Source: Eledone cirrhosa (taxonomy: Eukaryota). From it: a stretch of DNA of 64,000 nt. The stretch is taken from contig OZ024742.1 of NCBI GenBank assembly GCA_964016885.1, forward strand, positions 261,764,001 to 261,828,000, read 5' to 3'. The notes beneath the pieces were generated by a model. The model was not told where the DNA came from. It made no database searches and saw only the letters and a program-made list of their open reading frames with translations. Position numbers and translations under genes: made by a program. This document shows, piece after piece, positions 11,432 to 23,950 of this stretch. The number at the start of each line of letters is the position of its first letter. Position 1 is the stretch's first letter.

Positions 11432-13080
11432 ATTTACAGTGTGGGCTAGACACTTTTTATCATTACTCCTACATGTCCACATTACAGTGTCGACTGGGTG
11501 CTTCTTGTTGTGACACCTAAACGACTACTTTACAGTGTGGGCTGGGCACTTTTTGTCATGTCACCAACATGATCGCTTTACAGTGTGGGCTGGGTGATTT
11601 TTGCTGAGATGCCTACACAACCACTTAACAGTGTGAGCTGGGTGCTTTTTGCCATGTTGCCATCACAATCACTTTACAGTGTGGGCTAGGTGCTTTTTGT
11701 AGTGTTGTCATCACAATCACTTTGCAGTGTGGGCTAGGTGCTTTTTGTAGTGTTGTCATCACAATCACTTTGCAGTGTGGGCTAGGTGCTTTTTGTAGTG
11801 TTGCCATCACAATCACTTTACAGTGCGGGCTAGGTGCTTTTTGTAGTGTTGTCATCACAATCACTTTGCAGTGTGGGCTAGGTGCTTTTTGTAGTGTTGC
11901 CATCACAATCACTTTGCAGTGTGGGCTAGGTGCTTTTTGTAGTGTTGTCATCACAATCACTTTGCAGTGTGGGCTAGGTGCTTTTTGTAGTGTTGCCATC
12001 ACAATCACTTTACAGTGTGGGCTAGGTGCTTTTTGTAGTGTTGTCATCACAATCACTTTGCAGTGTGGGCTAGGTGCTTTTTGTAGTGTTGCCATCACAA
12101 TCACTTTGCAGTGTGGGCTAGGTGCTTTTTGTAGTGTTGCCATCACAATCACTTTGCAGTGTGGGCTAGGTGCTTTTTGTAGTGTTGTCATCACAATCAC
12201 TTTACAGTGTGGGCTAGGTGCTTTTTGTAGTGTTGTCATCACAATCACTTTACAGTGTGGGCTAGGTGCTTTTTGTAGTGTTGCCATCACAATCACTTTG
12301 CAGTGTGGGCTAGGTGCTTTTTGTAGTGTTGTCATCACAATCACTTTGCAGTGTGGGCTAGGTGCTTTTTGTAGTGTTGTCATCACAATCACTTTGCAGT
12401 GTGGGCTAGGTGCTTTTTGTAGTGTTGCCATCACAATCACTTTGCAGTGTGGGCTAGGTGCTTTTTGTAGTGTTGTCATCACAATCACTTTGTAGTGTGG
12501 GCTAGGTGCTTTTTGCCATGTTGCCATCACAATCACTTTACAGTGTGGGCTAGGTGCTTTTTGTAGTGTTGCCATCACAATCACTTTACAGTGTGGGCTA
12601 GGTGCTTTTTGTAGTGTTGTCATCACAATCACTTTGCAGTGTGGGCTAGGTGCTTTTTGTAGTGTTGTCATCACAATCACTTTGCAGTGTGGGCTAGGTG
12701 CTTTTTGTAGTGTTGCCATCACAATCACTTTGCAGTGTGGGCTAGGTGCTTTTTGTAGTGTTGCCATCACAATCACTTTGCAGTGTGGGCTAGGTGCTTT
12801 TTGTAGTGTTGTCATCACAATCACTTTGCAGTGTGGGCTAGGTGCTTTTTGCCATGTTGCCATCACAATCACTTTACAGTGTGGGCTAGGTGCTTTTTGT
12901 AGTGTTGCCATCACAATCACTTTACAGTGTGGGCTAGGTGCTTTTTGTAGTGTTGTCATCACAATCACTTTGCAGTGTGGGCTAGGTGCTTTTTGTAGTG
13001 TTGTCATCACAATCACTTTGCAGTGTGGGCTAGGTGCTTTTTGTAGTGTTGTCATCACAATCACTTTGTAGTGTGGGCTG
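11432..13080. repeat. 48-bp minisatellite (~30 homogeneous units plus ~4 diverged units on the left)
   Basis: Unit ACTTTGCAGTGTGGGCTAGGTGCTTTTTGTAGTGTTGTCATCACAATC; produces the 16-aa periodic ORFs. Confidence 0.97.
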
Positions 13081-13164
13081 AAGGCTGCACTAGATGTATG
13101 CTTCAATCTGTCCTCAGAGGAGATATATGGGAGGGTGGGTGCTACATCCTATATATACAAGTAT

Positions 13165-13275
13165 TAGAAAAACCAACACCTGAAGAGCGTATTGTATCTT
13201 CTTTTTTTCGTGACCAGAAGAATGTATAACCTCCTCCTTTCTCCTCAAGCTGTCCATAATCAGATTGATTTTCAC
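13165..13275 (-). mobile_element. RTE endonuclease fragment
   Basis: Minus strand reads GQLEEKGGGYTFFWSRKKEDTIRSSGVGF, typical of the RTE/BovB-type AP endonuclease N-terminus. Confidence 0.7.
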
Positions 13276-13819
13276 TTAATGCTGCTATGTTTATGTTGTA
13301 CATATTTAAAATCTTTAACACAAGAGCTGTTTTCCTTTCTAGTGAGTTTGCACTATCCTGAAGAATTCAAACATTCCAAGATCCAAAATTTAATGGGATT
13401 TTTTTTGTGTCTTTGTCTTTATTTGTGTTTCAACTGCATAGTGGTTAACCAGTCAACTGCGATATGATGACAAGTTTTTATGGGCATGCAATTTTTTCAA
13501 GAGTTTTCCATGAAAAAGTAAATAAAAAAAGTTAAAAGTTAAAATGTATATAGTAAAAATTCTATAAAAATATATACATATGTACACACCATTGGATGGC
13601 TGTTGACTCTCATGAGTTCCCCTGCCCTTTGACAGGTTTTGTTTTTCATCATGTGTGGTATCCGAAAATCACACTCCTCAACCAGCAAACTTGGTGTTGC
13701 CAGTTTAGTTGCAGATGACCCGACCATGGAAGAGGTTGTACTGAGTTACACATAACCTGTAGCATTTAAGGAAACTGCACAAATGAATAAGTTTTTTGGC
13801 ATCTAGAAAATTACCCTCT

Positions 13820-14085
13820 GAGGCACATGCCTGGGTAAGATGTTTTTGTGGAAGACCAGCTGCTGCCCATGCATACCAATCTCCCCTCTCTCCACCACCC
13901 ATGTTGTCCAAGAACCAATATAGCTAGGCACTAGTGATATTGCAACTCATTTTTTTTTCCAAGTGAACTGGTGCAATGTGAAATAAAGTGTCTTGCTCAA
14001 AGGCACAATGCACTACCCTGTCTGGGAATCAAACTTACAGCCCCATTATTGTGAGTCCAGCATGCTAACCTTTAAGCCACATGCC
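13820..14085 (-). mobile_element. tRNA-derived SINE
   Basis: Minus strand GGCATGTGGCTTAAAGGTTAG (A box) ... GTTTGATTCCC (B box), followed by GTGCCTTTGAGCAAGACACTT. Confidence 0.65.
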
Positions 14086-14559
14086 TTATATATATATGCA
14101 TGTATATAATTCTTTGTGGAGCTATTCAGCACATAGTAGCTAATTAGGCACAAAAACTGAAAATATATGAAAAATTATTTCTTTCATGCTTGCCTGACTT
14201 TCTGAAAATTATTAATCTTCATATGATTTTTTTTTAAATTCCACCCCGCTTCCTGCCCCACCTTTTTTTTCTTAGTCAGCAATGGAATCATAAAGTAATC
14301 CTGAAGAAATAACTCTATTTCTTGTTCATAAATGGGATTTAATTTAAACTCATTGTGCTTTAGTTAACATACAGTACTGAATGCCATTTATTTTTATTTG
14401 AACCAGGGTGGGTGTCCCTTCTAATGATAGTAACTGCATAACCAGTTGAATCCCTTGTATTAGAAAGAACATAAGCAGCAAAAAAATGATGTGTTAAAAT
14501 ACACAACCCTAGCACAAATGTAACTGAAAATTGCACTTTTGCAGAGCTCATGAGAGTGA

Positions 14560-14850
14560 AAACTGATTAGTAGAAAATAAGACCGATCAAATGTAGTGTC
14601 AAAGAGAGAAGACTGCTCTAGTATGGATATATGATGTGCATGGATGATGATCGCATGGTGAAGAAGTGCCAAGAAATCCCAGTGGAAGGAAGCCGTACTA
14701 GAAGACCTGGAGGTTGTGAGAGCTGATCTTAAATTGCAGAAACTCACAGAGGGATAACAAAGGAATGGGATGAGTGGAAGGATGCTGTGCTATAAAAGAA
14801 CCGTCTGACCCATGCAAGCAAAGAAAAGCTGTTGTAAAATGGTAATGATG
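14560..14850 (+). mobile_element. RTE LINE 3' fragment
   Basis: Homologous to 1110-1430 and 9840-10100; ends GACCCATGCAAGCA. Confidence 0.75.
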
Positions 14851-15067
14851 ATATATATTTATATATATATATAGTATCAGCAGAAAATACACACTGTTAC
14901 ATCAGATGAACAGGTAACTGCATCTTTAATTCGTTGGTCATTTTGCACTTGTAATACCAGTTTGTGTAACAAATTAGAGAACCACTCCTTTAGTAAGATG
15001 CATATGAAACAATAACAAAACAAAGAATGGACAGGAAAATTTACAGTTATCTTTCAACAAAAACAGA

Positions 15068-16445
15068 GATCATCATCATCATCATCATCATCACCATTTT
15101 ACGTCCATTCTTCCACGCTAGCATGGGTTAGATGAGTTGTCCTGTTGTGAGCAGTGCCCGGTCGGCTGACCATGTCTTGCTCATACAGGAACTGATTCTG
15201 GCTTGATTTCTACAGCTGGATGCCCTTCCTAACACCAACCTCATTTACAGTGAGTGCTGGGTGCTTTTTTCCGTGGTGCCTACACGTCCACTTTACAGTG
15301 TGGGCTGGGTGCTTTTTTGCCATGGCACCTCCACGACCACTTTGCAGTGGGAGGAGGTGGGGGCATATTGTCTATATGCTTTAGCTTCGGCTTGTGGGGT
15401 GTCCGGTCTTCTGTATTACTGTGTGACGCCAGAGGTCACGGTTGTGTATCATCGCCTTTGAGAGGTGCAATTGGGTAAGGTCGGCTTTTATCACCTCATC
15501 CCAGGTCTTCTTGGGTCTCCCCACTCTGCGGCTTCCATCGACTTCTAATGCTCTACACCTTTTTATGCAGCTGTCATCCTTCATACGCATCACATGTCCA
15601 AACCAACGCAACCTCCTCTCCTGTACATTTGATTCCTCTTATAATAATAATAATAATGAAATATTGTGTACAGTGCTCAGGTGCACTACAACTCATCAAA
15701 AAGTGTATGTATAGTACATAGGGTAATGTACAAACGTCAGGAAAATGAACAGTGCATGAGTCATGATACACACATGTGTGCATGTGTATGGAAGGGGTAC
15801 ATCAGGTGTAGTTTTGGCGTATTTCAGGAAGCATGAGTGTCTTAAAGGATGCAGTGTCTCGGCAGCTAACAACTGACGCAGGCAGTTTGTTCCATGCTTC
15901 AGCAACTCTGAGCATGAAAAAATGTCTACGAAAGTCATGGGAGCTGTGCTGTTTTCTGATTTTGTAGGCATGTCCACGTGTGTTAGACACATGGAGATCA
16001 AAAAGGTGCTCAGGGTTGTGCTCAGTCTCTCTCTCAATTCGTTTATGCTTTGCCGTTTGCGTATATTACTATTACACATCCATCGGAGCATGCAGGCTTC
16101 GTTTCTTTCTAATCTACGCAAGTCTTCTACAGACAGCGCCCAGGTCTCACTACCATGTAACATTGCTGTTCGTATACACACATCATACAGTCTGCCTTTC
16201 ATTTTGAGGGAAAAGATTTTTGCAGCTAGCAATGGCAGTAACTCCCTGAACTTCTTCCATCCTGTTCTTACCCTCGTTATTGTACTTTCCGAACACCCAC
16301 CTCCGCTGCTAATTCGGTCACTTAGGTAGCAGAAGCTGTCTACTGTTTCTACAGAGCCCTCCCAGAGTTTGGTAATGCTTGTTTCCTGTGGCTTTTTGCT
16401 GCTTGCTGTCCCAGCGCAGCTGCTACATGTGAAGCCTACATTCTG
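15068..16445 (-). mobile_element. RTE LINE, minus strand, interrupted by a CR1-type fragment
   Basis: Reads KGRLYDVCIRTAMLHGSETW and RWFGHVMRM...GRPKKTW; same 3' UTR and tail as 10440-11402, in inverted orientation. Confidence 0.9.
15641..16020 (-). mobile_element. CR1/L2-group LINE 3' end nested in RTE
   Basis: Reads NTRGHAYKIRKQHSSHDFRRHFFMLRVAEAWNKLPASVV (CR1-group C-terminal motif) with an (ATT)n tail; the RTE sequence resumes on both sides. Confidence 0.85.
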
Positions 16446-17194
16446 ATATATATAAAAAAAATTATGACTAGAAAGAAAAAGACAGCATGTAAAATGTTAA
16501 ACATTTTAATGCTAGAAAAATTGAAAAATTTAGACTTTCATCAAAAAAGTGTAGTCTGGTGGCAGAGAAAAGAGGTTCTGACACCTACCAAATTTGAGAG
16601 ATGAAAGGGAAAGGTATGAGCAGAAGAGTAAAGGAAGGAAGATGAGAGAATGAAAGTGAAAGAAACAAAAAAAGAATGAATGACAGGGAAACAGAGAAAA
16701 AGAGAGTGAAAGGGAATAGGAAAAGAACAAAAAGATATAAGTGAGAGGAGGTGACACAAATAAAAACAACAGTTTATCAAAATATGGCAGCATGTAGCAT
16801 TGTATATATATATATTAATTTAGCATCAATAGAAAATACACAGTTACATAAGATGAACAGACAATTGCATCTTTACTTCATCAGCCACCTAGCTGGCATG
16901 CAATTTCATGCATTATGGTGGTATTGTACTTGTAATGCAATACATATTCTTATGCACACATATACATGCACACATTCATACACGCATATATTCAATTCCT
17001 ACCATTCTTTTTCTTTGTTCTCTTCACATTATTCTCTTCCTCTCCAGTTTCCTCCCCCTCCTCAATCAGCCTTTCCAATAACAAAACAACAATACCCTCC
17101 CCCTACCCAGCTATTGTCTCACATCCCACACATCTCCATTGTATCTACTACACTGCAAAATAGAAAATCACGCTTGCCTGCTTCTTTTGTCTTT

Positions 17195-17465
17195 ATTATC
17201 ATTGCCAGCAACATCATCATTATCACTATCATCACTGTCATTATCCCCATCCTCATCACAACCACTACTACCATCATCATCATTATCATCACCACCTTCA
17301 TCACCGCCATCATCATCATCACTGTCATAGACATCATCATTGCCATCACCATCATCAGCACCATCATCATTGCCATCATTACCACCACCACCACCACAAC
17401 TATTATCATCGTCAGCACCCTTATTATCAATATCATCACAATCATCATTACAACTATTGTTATAA
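17195..17465. repeat. Degenerate (CAT/CAC)n trinucleotide tract
   Basis: Directly visible; gives poly-I/T, poly-M/V and poly-D ORFs. Confidence 0.9.
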
Positions 17466-18053
17466 TCTAACAAAGTGAGGAAGCTGTTATATGGTCGCTC
17501 ACCCTGCTAAAAATAGCAGCCAAATTTCTTCCAAACTACATATTATTGTCTTTAAAAGAAAGAACACATTAGATAAGGTGTGTCAGCAAAAGGACATAAT
17601 GGTCATGTATGGAATATCTTAGATCATAGGTCTGTTCGATCAAACAATAAAAGAGAGCTTTTATGTAGTCACATTACCTGTTAAAAATAGCAGTGATTTG
17701 CCTTAAAGCACACCATTGAAACATGCTTAACTCATTTCTTTCCAGCCTGGGTGTGACTGTAAAGTTCATTCTAAACAGACAAAGCCTCCCTGTAGCACTG
17801 CCAGACCTCAAAGTCCTCCAGAAGAGGCTACTCAAACTTTCCCTTGTTGACACCCAGAATCACTGCCAGGCCATCTTCATTCATTTTTCAGTAGCCTTCT
17901 ATAGAATGTGCTTGCCTCAGGACTGCACCTCAGTTAATGAGACAAGCTGTGGAGAGAATATGTTGTAAAAAGGCAACTACAACAGTTCACATTACTTAAT
18001 TCAGAACACTCAACACAACTTTCCTCACTGGATCAACATTAAAATATACTTAA

Positions 18054-18292
18054 CCCTTTTGATAGCAAACTGCATGAAACTGCCCTGATTCTATACTACA
18101 AAAGTATTTTATTTTAAAATGCTAAAGTGTTATATTATTTAAAAATCTTCCATCATAATTTTATGTAGGAACCTTCGTTAAGCTATGTTCCAAACACCAG
18201 CTTAATAACAAGAAAGTTATATAATTAAATCCCTCCAAATGATTTGAAAATTATAAGCAGTAACTTTCATTAGAAATATGATGATGAAAGAG
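18054..18292. mobile_element. TTAA MITE family A
   Basis: TTAA|CCCTTTTGATAGCAAACTGC ... GAAAGAG|TTAA; reverse orientation to 4847-5100. Confidence 0.65.
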
Positions 18293-18813
18293 TTAAAAAT
18301 ATATTTATTAAAGAGATAAACCAATAATAAAAAAAACTTAAAACTCCTCAAAAATGTGTAGACACCATGGTGGGGATGAAGAAATAAATAAAAGCATTCA
18401 GTGATTGATGTTTTAACTCTTTTATTGAGAAGTCATGCAACTAATTAAACAAATGAATAGATTAATCATGTGATATGGACTACATTTATTTGAAATAAAA
18501 ACCAAAACCCAGCCACATGACTGGCTGCTTTATAGTGAATGTCTTTAAATCTTTTTGTATCCCAGCAAAACAATCTATTTTGGGAGATATTTTATATGAA
18601 GATGAATAGACTGGATCATACAAATGTTTATATATATATATTGATGTAAAAAAAAACAGGAGGTTATATCCATAGTAAGCAGAGCACTCAGTCCAGAGGA
18701 CAAGTTCGGTATAGAGTTAGTTCCCCAACAAATTAGCAAGCCATACTTGATGACGTGCATTTCACTGAGCAGATTTTCGACCCATGTATGGCTGCAGTAA
18801 GAACAGAAGTGTA

Positions 18814-20091
18814 CGAAGGAGCTTCAAAAAGTTTATGGAAAAAGTACATAGCTAAAATTATATGCCTATATGTTCTCGTACTAACGTGTCATTACATGTT
18901 CTAACATGAACCCCTAAATGCATGTTGCAACACGCCACACCAGTCGGAAGTCAGCACCCACTCGAGCAATATGGCTTCCATCAGAATTAAGTCCAAGACA
19001 AACATCAAATTCATGGTGACGCTAGGGTGGAAGAATAGCCAAATCCTTGACACTCTGGGGCAAGTTTATAGGGACAATGCCCCAAAGAAATAAACAACCT
19101 ACAAATGGATAAGTCATTTTAGAAGGGGAAGAGATGAAGTTGAAGATGATCCCCACAGTGGCAGGCCATCCATGTCAGTCTGTGTGGAAAACATTGATGA
19201 TGTTCGTGACTTAATTGAAAATGATATGTGAATAACCACTGAATCAGTAGCCAACACACTCAACATCTCTGTAGTTCTGCACACGCAATTTTCATGGGGA
19301 GTTTGAGGCTGAGCAAGCTTTCTGCTCGATGGATCCCAAAGCTGTTGCGCCCAGATGAGCAACAAACAAAGGCAGATCTTTTGATGGAAATTTTGAACAA
19401 GTGGGATGAAGACCCTGAAGCTTTTTTGCAGAGAACTGTTACTTGGGGATGAAACGTGGCTCTACCAGTATGATCCCAACGACAAAACTCAATGGAAGCA
19501 ATGGCTGCCCAGGGGTGGAAGTGGACCAGTCAAAGCAAAATCGGAGCATTCAAGAGGGAAGGTCATGGCCACTGTCTTCTGGGATGCAGAGAGGATTTTG
19601 CTGATTGACTTCCTCAAGAACAAAAGAAGAATTACAGCTGCATATCATAAAGGTGTTTTGAGAAAACTGGCCAAAAAAGTCACGGTAAAACATCTGGGTA
19701 AGGTGCATCAGTGCGTCCTCTTTCGCCATGCCAATGCATCCGCTCATGACGCTTCACAGACATGAGCTGTGTTATGTGAATTTCAATGGGAAATCATTTG
19801 ACACCCACCTTACAGTCCCAATTTAACCCCATCCGACTTCTTTTTGTTTCCAAACCTGAAAATATCATAGAAAGGTATCCATTTTCTATCAGTTGAAGAT
19901 GTAAAAGAAAGCTGCTTTGACATTGTTTAAATTGCATGGCCCCCAGTTTTACACAGATGAACTTAAAGGCTAGTATCAACGCTTGCAGAAGTGTATTGAC
20001 ATAGATGGAGCATTTGTTGAAAAATTTACATCATAACTTAAACCGTTTTTTCCAACTGTCCTTTTTCCACGAACGTTTTGAGGCAGCCTCG
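18814..20091 (+). mobile_element. Full-length, inactivated mariner transposon (Hsmar2-like, irritans subfamily)
   Basis: TA|CGAAGGAGCTTCAAAAAGTTTATGGAAAA ... TTTTCCACGAACGTTTTGAGGCAGCCTCG|TA; 1278 bp; contains transposase remnants. Confidence 0.93.
18971..20036 (+). pseudogene. Mariner DD34D transposase pseudogene
   Basis: Reads MASIRIKSKTNIKFMVTLGWKN..., RWIPKLL, GDETWLYQYDP, WLPRGGSGPVKAK, VMATVFWD, HPPYSPNLTPSDFFLFP; several stops and frameshifts. Confidence 0.92.
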
Positions 20092-20479
20092 TATATGAGC
20101 TGACTGGATTCTGTTCGATGGACGGTGATATTTTGGTGATAAGGGAAACTACTCAAATTAGACTGATGCAATGAAAACATTTTCGTTTGAGTTAGTTCAT
20201 TCCTGGTAAGATTTATGTTTATCCCAGGTCTTTGTAGGAATGTAACAGGTACTTCAAAGTGATTAAAAAAATTGGCTCATGTGTTATGTAACCTCTGCAA
20301 GATATTCACTCTTTCATCACCACACAGCTTGCAGGACATTTTGCCATCAAAGATGCAGACGCGAATTACTCCATTCAATGGAAAGTTCTGGTCAAATCCA
20401 GGCCATAAAGAAATGTCGAAATGTCCTGTAAGCTGTGTATTGATGAAAGAATGAATATCTTGCAGAAGTTACGTAATAG

Positions 20480-21560
20480 TACTTGCCTTAACACAAGATC
20501 TGTATATCTCTCTACCTGAAACTGTGGACAACTTATACTAATTCCATCTTATATTCTAATGAAAACTCTATCTAAATATGATCTGGATGACCTGCTGTAA
20601 TTTGTCCATGTCTATTTTGGTACATTTGGGAAAGCTAGACAAAACCTATCAAACAGTTGGAAGCAACTACAGAGTGCCCTGGAGTTATTGAGCAGGTGCC
20701 CCTGCTTCCACTTTGACCTCAAGCCACGTACATTTATACAACCTATTCTGAGTATGACCATTCAAAGAGGAAGAGAAGAAATGAAAGAAAATTGGAGTGG
20801 TTCATTTACCCTCATTTTGTGCTAAAGTCCTCTTTAGCAAACCAAGGTTTTAGGGCTGCTCCTCTTGAGAGTAACAAAAGCATCCCTGAAGCATCTTGGA
20901 TTTGGGTCTTTTTCTAAAGTCACCTACCTCTTGTGGAATCTTTCCAAGTGTTCTGTGTAAATGCCCAGTGTTGTTTGTATAGGGAGTCTGTCTGCCTTTG
21001 TTTTCAGGAAGAATTCACTTAATTACACCCAATCTGTTGTAATGCCATTGTGTTTGTTTATGAAACTCGTTAACTCAGTGTAGTCCTTCTGAACAACTGT
21101 GAAATTGTGGAGAGTTGCTTGTTGCTGTTTCAGTGGATTTTGTTGTTGATGTTGCTGCTGCTGTTGCTGTGATGTTTTATGTTTTTGTGTATTTTGCAGT
21201 TAGAGTGGTTTTAGCAGTTGTTTCTTTTCTTGCTGTCACTCCTGCTCTTTCATATTAACCCATTCTTCCTCCTGTTGGTCATTTAGCTGCTCCTTCTGCT
21301 GCTTTTGTTGCTGTTGTGGTAGTTGTTGCTCTTGTTGTTGGTTAGTTGGCTGAACTGGTAGATTCGTCCCACTTTTTTGGTTTTTCTGCAGAGTTTTGGC
21401 CTTCCAAAATATGTGACCCTGGTGGTAAGGCTGAGGATTTCACTTATCTCACCCCTCTTTGGTTTTATAGTTTTTTCTATTCTTTCTAATTTTTCTGTAG
21501 CTTTAATGCTTTCCATTGCCAGGCTCTTCATTAGTGGAGTATGAGCAATTTAGTTTTATG
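20480..21560 (-). mobile_element. Degraded Tx1/L1-type LINE (AP endonuclease fragment; ORF1-like region upstream, uncertain)
   Basis: Minus strand ~20610-20485 reads TWTNYSRSSRSYLDRVFIR*..ISCPQF....TDL, i.e. APE motifs TW...S.LDR.F and a degenerate SDH. The extent beyond 20700 is inferred. Confidence 0.55.
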
Positions 21561-21899
21561 TCCATGTATGACTGGGGTTTTCCTTGTTCATTTGTGTTGA
21601 GGAAGTTTCATCATCATTGGTTGTCGTCATTGTTGTGCTGGTGGTTTTTGATTGCTCACTGTTTACTGTTGCTGCTTTACTTTCTGTTGTAAATGTGATG
21701 GGGATATTAGGAGCAGTGGGGAACTCTACTCTACTTTCATTTTTTTACACTGTAAGGAGGAAAGCCTGAGGTGGCCTACTCTTCCACAAGTGCAGCATTT
21801 GGGCTTCTCACTCTTGATGATTGCAGGCATACTTTCACAATCATTGGAACAAAACCATTCAGGTATATTGTCTAGAGTCTCAGGAGCAATAAAAACAAT

Positions 21900-22365
21900 A
21901 ATGAAAATAGATTATGTAAGTCTCATATCACATGGTTTAATCCACCATATGCAAAAAATGTTACATGTCAGGCATCTTCTTCACAAAAATTACAAAGCAT
22001 TCAATAGACACACTGTGAAACTTTCATACACCATGACTCATAACATAGAAGACAATATAGCAGCTATGAACAAAAGAAACTTTGATTATAGGTAATTATG
22101 CAATTTCAAACATCGAACACTATTAATAAGAGCTTTGAGACACCAACCACACACTCACAGAAAACACCCTGAGGATCTGATGTCTAGTTCACCTAACCAG
22201 GAAAAATATTTAATTAGATATGACTCCAGAACCAATGCAAGCAACAGGTTATGTAACTACAAAGTCTCTAGTGCATGCCCTCTAAATAACCAATGCTTTG
22301 AATCAAATATAATTTGTAAATGCACAGTTTCAACGAAGAATAATTTTAGCAGTATATATTCTGGC
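21900..22365 (+). mobile_element. Penelope-like retroelement fragment (RT-EN linker and start of GIY-YIG)
   Basis: Reads ITWFNPPYAKNV, FNRHTVKLSY, CNYKVSSACPLNNQCFESNIICKCTV...IYSG. Confidence 0.8.
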
Positions 22366-22984
22366 TCTTTATGTTGAGTTCAAATTCTGCTGAGGCCAAC
22401 TTTGCATTTCATCCTTTGGATTTACTGCGCCACTAGACATTTTTGGCTTGGTGTCTATAGCTGGTTACCCTTTCTAACAACAACCACTTTACTTTACAGA
22501 AAGTACTGGGTACATTTTATCAGGGGACCAACACTAGATAGGTTGCCTTAGTCAACCCTGACTTAGCAAACTCATATAATTTAAAAAAGACCTTTCCAGC
22601 TATGATGCTCTTTTCGATTATTCAGATATAATATGGCTTTCTTTTTTCAGTAAAGAATGACAGGAGCAAAATTTGGCTGCTACTTCTAACAAGTCAAACA
22701 TCCAAGTAGAAGTTGTCTTATTGACATTGACACAGTAGTGTGGTATAGAATATTAGGGTAGTGTCATGAAGGAGTATAGAAGTAAAGTGTTATGTGGTAG
22801 TAGTATACAGCCTAATGTAGTGCAATTATGCATTATAAAAAAAGGGATAAAGATCCTATAACTCCTTGTGGAATCATAAAGGCACCGTCAAACAGGGTGT
22901 CTAGGGTACTTTTAAAACTGGCAGTGTCCAACCCTCTCCAGGTCTGAACACAGCTGATTTTTTTCTATAGAGGAAGAATCGACC

Positions 22985-23135
22985 CCAGTACTGGACTGGT
23001 ATTTTTTTATTGACCTAGAAAGGATGAAAGGAAAAGTTGACCCCGTCGAGATTTGAACTCAGAGCGTGCAATGAGGTGGGATGAATACCATAAAGCATTC
23101 TATCCGACGTCTTAAAGACTCTGCCAATTCCCCAC
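22985..23135 (-). mobile_element. tRNA-derived SINE (Meta-domain-like)
   Basis: Reverse complement of the 41.5-42 kb SINE: AGGATGAAAGGAAAAGTTGACC...GATTTGAACTCAG. Confidence 0.7.
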
Positions 23136-23244
23136 CTCTAGATGTTGTTTAACCCCAGATTAACACTGATTAAGGAGAACTATGATGAAACGGATTCCAG
23201 CAATGATCATGCCATTTTGTATATCTAGGACTATATTTTTTTAA

Positions 23245-23950
23245 TGTGGTATAGTGTGATGTAGTAACATAGTATGGTGTAGTTGTATAGTGTGGTACAA
23301 TGTGATGTAGTAATATAGTGTGGTATAGTGGTGAAGTGTGGTACAATGTGATGTAGTAATATAGTGCGGTGTAGTGTAGTAGTGTGGTGTAGTGTAGAAC
23401 AATGTGATGTAGTGGTGTAGTGTGGTATAGTGTGGTGTAGTGTGGTATAGTGTGGTATAGTGTGGTATAGTGTGGTATAGTGTGGTATAGTGTAGTGTAG
23501 TGGTATAGTGTAGTGTGGTGTAGTAGTGTAGTGGTGTAGTGTAATAGTGCTGTGTCGTAAAGTATGATGTAGTAGTTTAGTGTCGTAGGGTATGATGTTG
23601 TGTTGTGTAGTATGGTAAAGTGTGGTGTAGTAGTTTCATGTGATGTAGTATGATGTAATAGTATAGTGTGTTGTAATAGGGTAGTATTGTATAGTGTGGT
23701 GTAGTGGCATAGTGTGGTATAGTATGGTGCAGTGGAGCATAATGAGATATAGTAATGTAGTGTAGTGGCGTAATGTGATATAATGTGGTGTAGTGTGCTA
23801 TAGTAGTATAGTATGGTGTAGTGTGGTACTGTAATATGGAATAGTATAGTAAAGTAGTAGTGTAGCGTGGTTTAATGAGGTATAGTGTAGTGTGGTATAG
23901 TAGTATAGTTTAACAGTAGCATAGTGCAGCAGCCTATTTGTGCAGTGCAA
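23245..23950. repeat. Degenerate pentamer-based microsatellite (GTAGT/GTGGT/GTATA)
   Basis: Directly visible, e.g. (TGTGGTATAG)n at ~23420-23490. Confidence 0.9.

Noticed and set aside
11625-13106. 493-aa repetitive ORF and opposite-strand equivalents
   Set aside because: A 48-bp tandem unit that is open on both strands; derived from a LINE 3' UTR, with no splice or homology support.
16751-17473. Overlapping poly-I/T, poly-D and poly-M/V ORFs
   Set aside because: A (CAT)n-type microsatellite open in several frames.
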